Counted from the whole stretch's first letter, positions 11,934 to 23,736 are shown. The stretch: 62,733 bases of DNA, filler included, from Basidiobolus ranarum (GCA_040143965.1; 32 parts of 32 records of this genome joined end to end with filler, not necessarily neighbours in it), one strand, 5' to 3'. Program-made: numbers and translations. Notes: generated by a model not told the origin, from the letters alone.

Positions 11934-12471
11934 AGATGCAAACACATAGATATTAAGCATCACGTCATTAGAGAGACTATAGAGAATAAGTTTATTGACT
12001 TAACTTGTTGTTTTTCAGAAGACATGATTGCTGATATATTAACCAAACCATTAGCTAGACAGAAATTTGAGAAATATAGACCTTTGTTAGGATTAGTTTA
12101 TATAACAATTTAGTTGAGGGAGAGAGTTGAAATTAGCATTGCCTAAACACCTATATAGTCATATATAACTTAGTACTTAGGTATCTTATAACTCACTGAG
12201 ATATTATTGATTATTCTCAATTGGAATTTACTTGCAATATTTTTACCAACTTAGAAGTTCTCAGATATATAGTTTTTCAAACTTGTGCTAGAAACCCCAA
12301 ACTTTGCACACATGCTCCTGGGACCTTCCTTAGCATATTCTACTATTTAGTTTGCTTACATCCTGACAAAACTTTAAATGTCAACTCTCTACTCAATAAA
12401 TCAATAAGTGAAAACCAACAATTCCTCTAATTCACCAAACCACTTCCAACAGGCTCCAAAATACTTTAACA
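11934..12471 (+). mobile_element. Copia-A RNase H end, PPT and full 3' LTR (12125-12471)
   Basis: EDMIADILTKPL, then GAGGGAGAG, then LTR-A ending TTTAACA. Confidence 0.9.
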
Positions 12472-12855
12472 GTGTTTGGTCTCTACATATGCACATACTT
12501 GACTGTTCAGACATAACTCAATAACATCAATATACTTTACCAGCAAACTAATGGTGGAGAGATTGCTAAACATCTGAAATTTTGAATAGCACTGATGCTT
12601 GGCAAATAGCTGACTGTTGTTAGCATTCACAATGAGAATAAGCTCTTGGATTATGGCAAATTTCCATGAAGAATTCTGCCAGTATATCCTCAACCTGCAA
12701 TCAACAAATGTCCTGCCACAAGTAGATGTGTCATTGCTTGAATCAATTACCCCATGGCTAAAACAATAATACTGTGTATGTCAATCTATCTCACCAAGAA
12801 GTCTGTCTTGCAGCTTTCCTAGAAAAACTGTCAGATGATTATACAAACAAATTAG
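12472..12855 (-). mobile_element. CACTA-like transposase 3' fragment
   Basis: Colinear with 5640-5814 and 9856-10000. Confidence 0.8.
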
Positions 12856-13323
12856 TATTGGAAAAATATGGGCTGTTTGGAGGAACTTTAGAAAAGTGGA
12901 GTTGTGAATAGCTTTTGTAAGATAATTAATTATTGTCCAGAAATAAAGCATTTATACACTTTGGTGGAAATACAGAAAAGTAACACTGGGGTTGTGTTCA
13001 GAACATCTGTGAGAGTAAAATGAGCTATTTTTAGGGCAATTTGGATGAGTTTGAAATTTCCAACATGGAATTGCTAATTCTCACATAATTCACATATATA
13101 TATAATACATGTTCCAATTTGCAGTTATGTGATATTTGACTAAGTAATGTTAACTAGCTTATATATGATATGAAATAGTTAGGTGTGTAAAGATAGAGAT
13201 AACAAATATGATAAAGACAATTAACTTCAACACTCCCACTCAACTAAATATTCATATATCTTAATCCTAATTTAAATCTTAATTCTTCAAATTTTGGCTT
13301 GGGTGATGGTTTGGTGAGGATGT
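12856..13323 (-). mobile_element. Copia-C RNase H end, PPT and full 3' LTR-C (12856-13232)
   Basis: ILTKPSPKPKFEELRFKLGL, then PPT GAGTGGGAG, then an LTR reading TGTTGAAG...TTCCAATA. Confidence 0.9.
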
Positions 13324-13692
13324 TGTTGGATAATTAATCTTTATTCAACATCATAGTTAACTTTAGTTATAATACATATATCAGAAACAGAAAGCAACGT
13401 ATCTATAGCCCCTATATTCTAAATAGGAATATCTCTGTATCTATATAACAAGTATGACTTATTACCCCCACTTATCTATTATATCTTATTACACAAACTC
13501 CTGAATATCTCAAACGATTGATTTACTTTTCTACTATATAAGTCACCATATACTCTTAAGAATAAAGTAACTAAAACACACTATCATAAGTTGCTTCTAA
13601 TACTCAAAGTCTACCCCCATTATGTCAAGATCCTCCAACATGGTAGCAGCAAGTGAATCAGAGTCTTCTTCCCAAAAGGAGATTACTAATAT
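13324..13692 (+). mobile_element. LTR-E 5' LTR (13324-13640) with 3'-CCA tRNA PBS TGGTAGCAGC (13641-13650)
   Basis: TGTTGGA...TCCAACA inverted ends, followed immediately by TGGTA, the complement of a tRNA 3' end of initiator-Met type. Superfamily cannot be determined here. Confidence 0.85.
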
Positions 13693-13792
13693 NNNNNNNN
13701 NNNNNNNNNNNNNNNNNNNNNNNNNNNNNNNNNNNNTTAATTAATTAANNNNNNNNNNNNNNNNNNNNNNNNNNNNNNNNNNNNNNNNNNNN

Positions 13793-13925
13793 ATCAATAA
13801 AGATTCTTGCCAAAGTATCTTCTTTGTCCAGTCCTGTCTTGTCTTGTGGTCGAGATCCAAGCACTCTCCTGCCTTCTAGCCCCTTGTTGTTATTCCCAGT
13901 CCATATTCAGTTCCTTATTGTGACA
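13793..13925 (+). mobile_element. LTR-D 3' end
   Basis: Ends TTCCTTATTGTGACA. Other LTR-D pieces at 19697-19903, 25449-25494, 37227-37276, 43261-43527 and 51097-51319. Confidence 0.9.
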
Positions 13926-15660
13926 GGTTTTGTTATGGCCTCTTTGTTATTGGCAAGCATTAATCCACTCATAACACTGACTATAAAGGAAGCAGCTTTG
14001 ACTGTTGAGGAGTGAAGAGTTCCATCCAATCTTTGCAACCAGGTGGTTATTGGCTTTCTTACACTTATATCACAGTTGTTTGGCAACTGTTGCTTGCAAC
14101 AAACCTGGTACAAGTGGAAAACACTTGTCAGTTGTATGACTTATAATCGTTGAGTAATTAAACTACCTTCATGTCAAAATAGTTGTTTGGCTTTCATCAG
14201 TGATCAAAACAACCTGAAGTCATGTACTGTTTGAACACAATTCATAATCACTGAATTTGGTAAATATTGCTCATATATGGCTCACATAACCTTGATTCCT
14301 CATCTTAAAGTTTTGATGAAATCATTCAAATATAGATCATTGTTTGATTATCAGAGAGCTCACCACAAGGCTGATGGTATTACTGACATACTTAATGGAT
14401 ACTGCTACTAGAATCTGAAAAGTCAAGGTTTCTTTGAGAACACATACAATCATGCCTTTGCACATGCTCTTGATGGTTTCTCACTAATTCAATATATCAT
14501 TGGAAAGGCTTGCTGGCCAATAATTTTAATTAACTCAAATCTTTCTCCTTCTGAAAGATATAAGAGTCAGAATCTTTTGATACAATCCATCATGTCTGGA
14601 CCCAAAAAACAGTGCTTCTGTATAGCTTCCTGGAGCCTTTGATTGTGAAATTTCAATGTTTATCAAATGGGGTTCTGATGGGTGAATATTTTTTCAGAGC
14701 TAATAGCATTTTATATATTAGTGACACTCCTGTAATCAGTGAACCTTAAGGTTTTAGCTGGCTCAATGCACTATTTAAAAGTAGATTCTGTCAAGTCAAT
14801 GCAGTTTAGTCTACCAGGCATATGCCTTACTACTATCCAATTACAACACTACACTCCATGATTTTGTTTTCAAGAGCCTGCTCAGATTTTACATGCATGC
14901 TAATATTAATTCACAAAATAGTAGGTCTAACATCAAACCTGGGATTGGCTAAAAGCCTAAGATTATAGTGCTAAAGGGAATCAGCTGAAGCCAGAGCTTC
15001 CCATTAGGCACTAACAACTTACTAATTGACAACTTATCAGTACTACTTACACAGCAGGATAATAGAAGAGTCTATTGGAATTAGCCATTTGCAATAGGAT
15101 CAAGGTTTGAGTCTATTAGGACAATGCTTGAAAACTGGATGATACCAACATATTTTACCAGGACTCCCATTGATATCCACCTTTCAGGCATTTATTCAAA
15201 TGCAAAGACTGGATGTTACAGATTCATATATATTCATGGGGACTCTTGAAATGACTTATGGCTGATGAGTATTGGCTGTATTAGGTGTTGATTGTGTATA
15301 TTATTAGTATATTCTTATGGCATCAACTCACATGGGTGGATCTCTGGCAGATACAGCAACTTTGCAAAGATTTTGTAATTGAATATGAAAAGCTTCATTA
15401 ATGGTTTAAAAAAGATAGACTGAATCTATGCTGGTATTCAGTACATTCCCTCCTACAGCTTTCACAATGCTTAGATATTATAGGCCCTTGATATATATTC
15501 TGGGAGTTCCCAATGGAGTGCACCTGTGGTGGAATGATGCTTCCGGTGAAATTGTCAGTGTTACCACATACTAATCTGATTAACAATATATGAGCAACAA
15601 CAGTGATGGATATAATGCAATGAGTTAAAGAGACTCCAGTGTAAATCTACTTTCCAACAA
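13926..15660 (+). mobile_element. CACTA-like transposase, heavily decayed
   Basis: Colinear with the reverse complement of 10050-11724. Confidence 0.85.
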
Positions 15661-15760
15661 NNNNNNNNNNNNNNNNNNNNNNNNNNNNNNNNNNNNNNNN
15701 NNNNTTAATTAATTAANNNNNNNNNNNNNNNNNNNNNNNNNNNNNNNNNNNNNNNNNNNN

Positions 15761-15990
15761 AAAGTTCATGGAATTAAGTAAGAAACTACTGCCCCCTATT
15801 CACCTCAACAAAATGGAGTTGCTGAAAGAGCTAACAGGACTATAATAGAAATGGCAAGATCTATGATAAATGCACAAAGTTTATCTCATAACTTTTGGGC
15901 AGAATCTGTTGCTTCAGCTGTATATCTGAAGAATAGGAGTTTTACTAGAAGTCTGTCTACCTTTACACCATATCAAGCTTGGTTTGGTAT
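15761..15990 (+). mobile_element. Copia integrase fragment
   Basis: PYSPQQNGVAERANRTIIEMARSM...FWAESVASAVYLKNR...TPYQAWFG. Confidence 0.92.
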
Positions 15991-16197
15991 TGTTGGCAAA
16001 CCATTTTTACCTTTGTTACTCCCTCCCACTCCACTTGATAGTGTCTTAAACTCTGCTGACTTAACTTTTCAACTTTGCAACATTCATACCAATACTCCAG
16101 AACTTCACCCTATTATTAAGAAATTACAAAAGTAGTTATGGCTTCTTTGTTTTGCTTCAAATAAAGATTTCACCTGTTGGTGACTGTCTCCCCCCTA
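15991..16197 (+). repeat. Unclassified repeat family F with a sharp end AATAAA...CACC-N4-GGTG...CCCCCCTA
   Basis: Reverse copies at 27361-27459 and 34466-34675 stop at the same C-run. Confidence 0.75.
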
Positions 16198-17070
16198 TGC
16201 CTTTATAATAAGAAATTGTTGGGTTACTATGGTGCTTGTACATAATGTGAAAGATAAACAGTGAGTGTTCTGCTAATATATCAACTCTATAATAAAGAGC
16301 AATGCATGCAGTCTGAAACAACAAATAAAAAAACTTCAGTATTCTAATGTTGCAAGCTGACATGGAATACCAAGATGATTGTGTTTACTTTAGATCAGAA
16401 ACAAATATCTAGATGGGAACATTTTGGTACATCTGGATTGAACAGTTGCATCTCCAAGCATTTCAATGGAAACAGGTCTAATAACAAACATTTCAATTGT
16501 AATAGGAATATCTTGTAATGGAAGAATAAATATATCATGTACACTTCATGCTTCAATAAATAGAAAACAGACAGGTACATAAGTTAAAAAAACTTCAACG
16601 AGGTTCTGTTGCTAAGGCATCAAGAAAGTTATAGAAGCATTAGAGGAGAATCTGATTGATTTATATATTATTTTTTGTCAACATAACTGCTTGCATGGAT
16701 ATTCGAGTCAATGAGCATTGACAAATGTGTTACAAGACAAGTATGACGGAATTGTAGAATTTTTCGAAATTGATGTCTTTCTTCTTCGTTAAGGGTTTAC
16801 TAAATAAAAGTTGAGCTATTCACAATCACCCTGGGTTAACTGCGCAGTTAATAAACAAATGAAAGAATTAATGTACAAGAATCTTGAGGAATTCAGTAAT
16901 CAAAATTAATTTGTACTCTATGCCGGTTCGATTGGTTCATAACATCTACACTAATCAGTCTCAAAGTACTACATATTTTATGACTCAGAGCCGTAAGTTA
17001 GGGTATAAACGGTCGTTCTCCGTAGGAACCACTATATTTTACTGTACGAGCAATTATGCTCATACATTAA

Positions 17071-17628
17071 ATGTCTTCAACTGATTGTACTCCAACAGAA
17101 GTGCCTCCAAGGGACCCACCTCTCGGGTGCCTTACGCTTCCGCAAATTACTTCCCGAGGCATTGATGTGAGTCGTTGGGCAGAGTGGGGTGCAGATATTG
17201 TAACGTATCAAGAATCGATGAGAGCCTACCTCTGGCGATACTTTGTAAATAACACAGAACTTTCAGAAGATACTGTTAAAACAATCGTTGTCACTGATAT
17301 CGAAAGTATTTATACACTCTTCACTGCCGTACTGGACAAGGACCTTGCGAAGATTCAAAAAGCATTGACTGTGAGAGGATTCAGTGATGTGGCTGCATCA
17401 CTCATCAAGCAAAATTCTGTTTCCGATTTATCCAACCATGATTTTAAGGAGTCGCCAGCTTGGGTGAAAACATCATTCAGTCAGATCTACGTAGATGAAG
17501 TTAGTCTGGTAGATCGTCTGCTTAACTCTTTGAATGCAGCAGCGGGTAAGTGGAGCAAACATTCTTATATGTCTCCGTATACTTCGATTATACAATCAAG
17601 TGGATACGGAAAATCGCGAGCCATCAAG
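17071..17628 (+). CDS. P-loop NTPase protein, 3'-truncated (Crinkler-associated NTPase-like)
   Basis: CpG-normal open frame ending YMSPYTSIIQSSGYGKSRAIK (Walker A). The family call rests on motif recall only. Confidence 0.65.
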
Positions 17629-17728
17629 NNNNNNNNNNNNNNNNNNNNNNNNNNNNNNNNNNNNNNNNNNNNTTAATTAATTAANNNNNNNNNNNNNNNN
17701 NNNNNNNNNNNNNNNNNNNNNNNNNNNN

Positions 17729-19596
17729 GAAATCTATGGTGAAAATGTGTTCACTTTGAAATCCATGTCTAAGGCTCTACCCAAGCCGATCTTTGCTCAG
17801 TTTATCAAGCAAGTCAAGGGTCGTCAAACTCTCGACAAAGCCACCGCTGATGCCATTGCTCATGCTGTCCGTATTTGGGCTACTGAGCGTGGCGCCACCC
17901 ATTTCACTCACTGGTTCCAACCTCAGACTGGAACTACCGCCGAGAAGCACGATTGTTTCCTTACTTTACGCTCCATTCACGGACCTACTGGTGAGGAAGT
18001 CCATGCTATGGACTCATTCTCTGGAACTCAGCTCTTACAAGCAGAGCCAGATGCTTCTAGCTTTCCATCAGGTGGAATGAGAACTACCTTCGAAGCACGT
18101 GGATACACCGTATGGGATACCACCAGCCCTATGTTCATTCAACCAGGCCCTCATAACACCTCAGTTCTGTATATTCCTTCGGTGTTCATCTCCTACAACG
18201 GCGATGCTCTGGATGAAAAGACAGTCCTACTTAGATCGAGTGAAGCCGTATCCAAGGCAGCTTGTCGCTTAATGAATTTGATCAAACCTGTTCCAGCTGG
18301 AGTTCCTCCATACGTTCAGAGAGTGTACGCTACGCTTGGTACTGAGCAAGAGTTCTTCCTCATTGATCGTGCTCTATATGCCCTCAGACCTGATCTTAAA
18401 ATTTGTGGTCGTGCTCTATTCGGTAACCTCCCACCTAAACATCAACAAATGGAAGATCATTACTTTGGTCAGATGCCTAGTAGAGTAATAGCTACTCTTA
18501 GCGAAACTGAACTGGAAAGTTACAAGCTTGGAGTTCCAATTAAAACCAGACATAATGAGGTAGCTCCATCTCAGTTTGAAATGGCTCCTATTTTCGAGGA
18601 AGCCTCAATTGCCGTTGACCATAACTTGATCACCATGGATGTGCTTCACAAGGTGGCACACAGACACAACCTTAAGGTATTATTCCATGAGAAGCCATTC
18701 AAAGGAATCAATGGCTCCGGAAAGCATTGTAATTGGTCCCTCTCCACTGACCGTGGTGAGAACTTACTCGACCCTACTGTGAAGCCAGAGACCAACTATC
18801 AATTCCTTTTGTTCCTTGTTGCTGTACTCCATGCTGTCCACAAGCATGGTGGCCTTTTACGTACCGCAATCTCCAGTGCATCAAATGATCATCGTCTTGG
18901 TGCTGCTGAGGCTCCCCCTGGCATTATATCGGCTTTCTTAGGTGAGCAACTGAGCGAAGTTCTCGATGCAGTAGAAGAGGCTAGACCCATCAAGACCTTC
19001 TCCAGACCCCATATCCAATCAGTGAGACTTGGTGGTACCAGTCTTGATGTCAAGGTTGCCTCTCTTCCTACCATTACTCGTGACTTGACTGATCGTAATC
19101 GCACCTCACCATTCGCCTTCACCGGTAACAAGTTTGAGTTCCGTGCTGTTGGATCCAAGCAATCACCTTCATTCCCTGTCACCGTTCTCAACGCCGCTGT
19201 AGCCTCAGCCTTGAATGAGATTACTGAAGAGCTTATTAAGGAGAAGGGTGACAAACCAATGGTCACAGATGCCGACAAACTGAACGTCATCAAGAGATAC
19301 ATCACTTCGACAAAGCCGATTCGCTTCGAGCGGGACAACTACTCAGATGAATGGGTCAAGGAGGCAGAACGTCGTGGACTTCCCAACCTCAAGAACTCAC
19401 CAGATGCATTTGAGCAACTCATGACAGCCGACTCCAAGAAGATGTTGGTTGAGGAGACTGGAGTGTTCACTGAATCGGAGCTTACTTCAAGATATCATAT
19501 CATGAAAGAACGTTATGCCAAGGACTTGATTGTGGAAGCAAACACTTTGAAGACTTTGGTACAACAACAGATCTTGCCTAGTGCCTACGAATATCG
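17729..19596 (+). CDS. glnN: Glutamine synthetase type III, truncated at both ends
   Basis: Open across the whole contig. GSIII N-terminal WATERGATHFTHWFQP..G.TAEKHD and EPDASSFPSGG.RTTFEARGY; catalytic motifs GTEQEFF, RHNEVAPSQFE, HEKPFKGINGSGKHCNWS, DRNRTSPFAFTGNKFEFRAVG. Confidence 0.97.
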
Positions 19597-19903
19597 NNNN
19601 NNNNNNNNNNNNNNNNNNNNNNNNNNNNNNNNNNNNNNNNTTAATTAATTAANNNNNNNNNNNNNNNNNNNNNNNNNNNNNNNNNNNNNNNNNNNNTTAT
19701 GTTTCACCTTGCAATATCTATATAAGCCCCATGTATTCCTTAATCAGACCTCAGTCTGATCAATGCCAGTTATCAATAAATATTCTTGCCAAAGTATCTT
19801 CCTTGTCCAGTCTTGTCTTTCTTGTGGCCTACACCCAAGTACTCTCCTGCCCTCTAGCCTCTTGTTGTTGTTTCCAGTCCTTGTCCAGTTCCTGATTGTG
19901 ACA

Positions 19904-21352
19904 CTTTTAATAAACCAAAATTACCCTCCATTACCCAAAATATCTTGTAAATCCCCAATGACTCATCTGTGACACCTTCTCAGAATCAGCTGATGATATT
20001 GATAGGCCATACCTGAAATACCACCCTTATCCCAGAGGTGTTCTTTTTCTACAATATCCTTCTTATGCAGCTACACACATGTTCAAAGAAGCTCTGATAT
20101 TTATTGTCACAAATTCTTGTGCTATGAAAGCCAGAGGTTTCATAGAAAAATTATTCACAAGCATGGTCACTGTACAAAGCCATCAGCTGCACAAAGCCAG
20201 GTGAATATCAATAGTAATAAGTGTGCAAAATCAACTTTAGTTTTGCCCACTGAGTCCACTAGCTATGCTTGGCCTCCAAGTTTTAGTAACAATGTCAAAA
20301 GTCAAGAATCCATGTAGTTACTACAGTTATTTGACCAAAATGATGTAGGTAGAGATGCAACTTTGGTCAAACATGTAAGTCCAGACAACCTTGATGACAT
20401 ACTGCTTAATGTTGACCTTGGTTATTTGACTACTGATGGTAGTATATTGGAAGTTGAAGAAGAAGATGATGATTTGGTTGTGGACTCTTTGTTATTGGCA
20501 AGCATTAGTCCACTTATATCACCTACTGTAAAGGAAGCAGCTTTGATTATTCAGGAGTGGAGAATTCAATCTAATCTTAGCAACCAGGTGTTTATTGGTT
20601 TTCTTACACTTTTACCATAGTTGATTGGCAAATATTGCTTGCTACAGACCTGGAACCAGTGGAAAACACTTGTCAATTGTATATCTTATAATTCTGCAGT
20701 AATCAAACTACCTTCATATCCAAATGGTTGTTTGGCTTTCACTAGTGATCTGTAAAACCTGAAGTCATGTACTGTTTTCACACAACAGGCAATCACTAAA
20801 TCAGTTAAATATCATTCATATTTGGCTTACATACCATTGATTCCCCATCAAAAAGTTTTGATGAAATCACCCAAATATAGATCATTGATCCAATACCAAA
20901 GTACTCACCATAATGCTGATGGTATGACTGATATACTTGATGGATATCACTACCACAATCTGAAAAGTCAAGGTTTCTTTGAGAAAACATATGATCATGC
21001 ATTTGCTTTGGCCTTGTATGGCTTCTCAATAAACAAAAATACCAGTGGAAAGGCTTGCCGGCTAATAATTTAAATTAACTTAAATTTTTCTCCTTCTGAA
21101 TGATATAAGAGTCATAGTATTTTGACACTATTCATCTTATCTGGAGCTAAACCACCAGTGCTTATAGATAGCTTCTTGGAGCCTTTGATTACTGAATTTG
21201 AATGGTTAGCTAATGGGGTTCAGATGGGTGAATATTTTGTTAAAGCAAATATCAATGTATACATTGGTGACACTCCTGCCTTCAGTATACTTTGAGGTTT
21301 TTGCGGGCACAATGCACTATCTTGCTTGGAATTTGTCATATCAATGGAGTCT
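19904..21352 (+). mobile_element. CACTA-like transposase 5' half, decayed
   Basis: Colinear with the other copies. Cys/His-rich N-terminus, then FALAL.GF and DSFLEPLI. Confidence 0.87.
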
Positions 21353-21563
21353 CCCTAACAATAATAAAATCGATTTGATCCGGATCGGATCCACCCTCCA
21401 AAATAGCAAAACCATCAGAGAACCGTCACAATATCATTGACTTGTATTCTGCCAGGGATTTTGATGATGTGACGGCGGTTTCTTGATGGTATCTTGGCGG
21501 TATTCATACATGTTAAAATATTGATCCTCAAAATTGGCATGCATTATTCAATATCCAGCAATT
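21353..21563 (-). mobile_element. Terminus of another CACTA-like copy nested in the transposase
   Basis: CCCTAACA terminus, near-identical to 5293-5500, with CpG-containing subterminal repeats. Confidence 0.78.
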
Positions 21564-21902
21564 NNNNNNNNNNNNNNNNNNNNNNNNNNNNNNNNNNNNN
21601 NNNNNNNTTAATTAATTAANNNNNNNNNNNNNNNNNNNNNNNNNNNNNNNNNNNNNNNNNNNNAGTGCTAGTAGTATTGAGTATGGCGGAATTACTTAAT
21701 CATGTCTGTTACAAACACAGTTCAAAACAGCATCTAATTCCATGAACAAGCTGGTTTATTCTGTTCGCATTTATGGAGCAAATATAACTAACAATTATGA
21801 AGGGGTAAATTTTCATACAGAGCCGCCTTATCAATGGTGAGTCGGCTTATTGACAATAAATTAGTGTGAAAGAGAGGTTAGTATACTTTATAGTAATATC
21901 CG

Positions 21903-22841
21903 TCAATTACTATCATTTCCAGGAAACCATTGAGCATCGTCCATAGACAAAGAATATGGGCATATATAAGAATATACATTGGGATCAGAATTAGCCCATA
22001 AACCATGTAAGCCATCTTCTAATGAAACTGACACGGCGAAAGAGGGAATTAAAGATTGTGATATATCGACAGTACAAGCTTCTTGGTCATTTGTGAGAAT
22101 ATCCATATAATTTATGGGATTCTCTATTAGGGACCTATAATACTCAATTATCTTTCTCAAAGTTTCGACTTCACATTTAAGAGCCATACAATTCAAACAA
22201 TCCGCTGCTGTATCTTTTGTGCACATTGATACACATTCATCTTGAGATACTGAGTGTGAACTCACACGTGGGTTGGAGGATAACACTGATAAGGGTGGTG
22301 AAGATAGTAAGGTAGGCTTTATGTCTTGACTTTCCCCTGGAATTGAGGTCGTAGTTCTTGCTTTACAGTATGGACCCGATATGCGTTGAATAAGGTGTAG
22401 GGAATCTAGTTGATCTCGCTTGAAATATCGATGTGAATAGACTATTGATGAAGCTGCGACACTCTGCCTTGCCCTTCGCCGGTCAGAAACTCTTTCAAAT
22501 CCGTAGATCTATTCGAGAGAATTGATTAATAATATATGGTTGAATGTTTCTATCTTCAAAGATTTACATTGAGTTGACGAGTGAATGAGGCTAATTTATT
22601 AGTCTCGTAATATTGGGGAAGTACTTTAGAGGCAAATTCGATTGAGTCCTTAATGATAAAGCTGGTGCCTGATCGTTCCCAAGCTATCATATGCGAATAA
22701 TTTGGTTCAGAGAGGATTCTACAGAATGGCTGATGTTAACAAAGATCAATTTTTATGAGAAAAGAGAAGATAAAGGAGATAGCGTTACGCTACAAGATTT
22801 AGCACAAAGGGAGGTCTTCGAATACTATGCCTGCCTAACAT
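21903..22841 (-). CDS. HSF-type DNA-binding domain protein (269 aa). Exons 22841-22789, 22718-22568, 22508-21903
   Basis: Spliced reading PFVLNLVA/ILSEPNYSHMIAWERSGTSFIIKDSIEFASKVLPQYYETNKLASFTRQLN/IYGFERV...YSHRYFKRDQ. Two GT-AG introns (70 and 59 nt) preserve the frame. Confidence 0.92.
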
Positions 22842-23629
22842 TTTTGGAAGTAGTGATGGCTGTTTGACCGACAGAAAAGAGAGTTTATGTTTGTGGTATC
22901 AGATAAGATGGCCGTTTTATACTCTCCTTTTGAATGAATATATTTTCTGAGCTCCTTTCTGCTGCTTTCCTTCCTACTGATCCATATGCTGAACTATTAC
23001 GTTGTGCTAGATCACCGATTCAATTGTCGAACTATATCATAAATTATGGAGTGCGATCTATCACAATTGAAGCTACAGCCACAACATTGACTCCTTTTTG
23101 CATGTTCATCTCTATTGTTATTTTGGATCACTATAATTTCCATGTCAGTTATAATATATATGTTGTAAATATCCTTTCTAATTACCCACTGTGATAGATA
23201 ACTGACTCCGCTCCTTTAATATGGTCAAATTAGAGTTAGCAGTTAACTAAGCAATTTTTTTACTGTCGGGATTGGCCAGGCTTAGGTTAATGTTGTGGCT
23301 GTTGCGTTATTGTATTGTACTCAGTCGTTTACCATTATGTCATGATTACACTTGGACCTTGAACCATGCGGGCCTATATGTCCAACATTAGTTTCATCAT
23401 TTTTGGAGTTTCGTAAAGCTAATGATCATTCACAAATATGTCTTCCAAACGAGAATAAAGACAAGTATTATATCAAGGATTAATGAAACAATATATTACT
23501 GGTGTATTGATAGAATAGAGTCATGTTAANNNNNNNNNNNNNNNNNNNNNNNNNNNNNNNNNNNNNNNNNNNNTTAATTAATTAANNNNNNNNNNNNNNN
23601 NNNNNNNNNNNNNNNNNNNNNNNNNNNNN

Positions 23630-23736
23630 CAAAATGTATAAATGCTTTATTTCTGAATAATAAATAATTTTCTCACAAAGCTATTCACAACTCCACTTTT
23701 CTAAAGTTCCTCCAAACAGCCCTTATTTTCACAATA
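23630..23736 (+). mobile_element. LTR-C 3' end inserted in Copia-B gag
   Basis: Ends TTTTCACAATA; matches 36120-36227. Confidence 0.85.

Noticed and set aside
18889-19338. Antisense and alternative-frame ORFs over GSIII
   Set aside because: Shadow ORFs of a codon-biased real gene.
17071-19648. Apparent NTPase-GSIII operon, and other cross-spacer clusters such as HSF near Hsp70
   Set aside because: The genes are on different size-sorted contigs, so adjacency is arbitrary.
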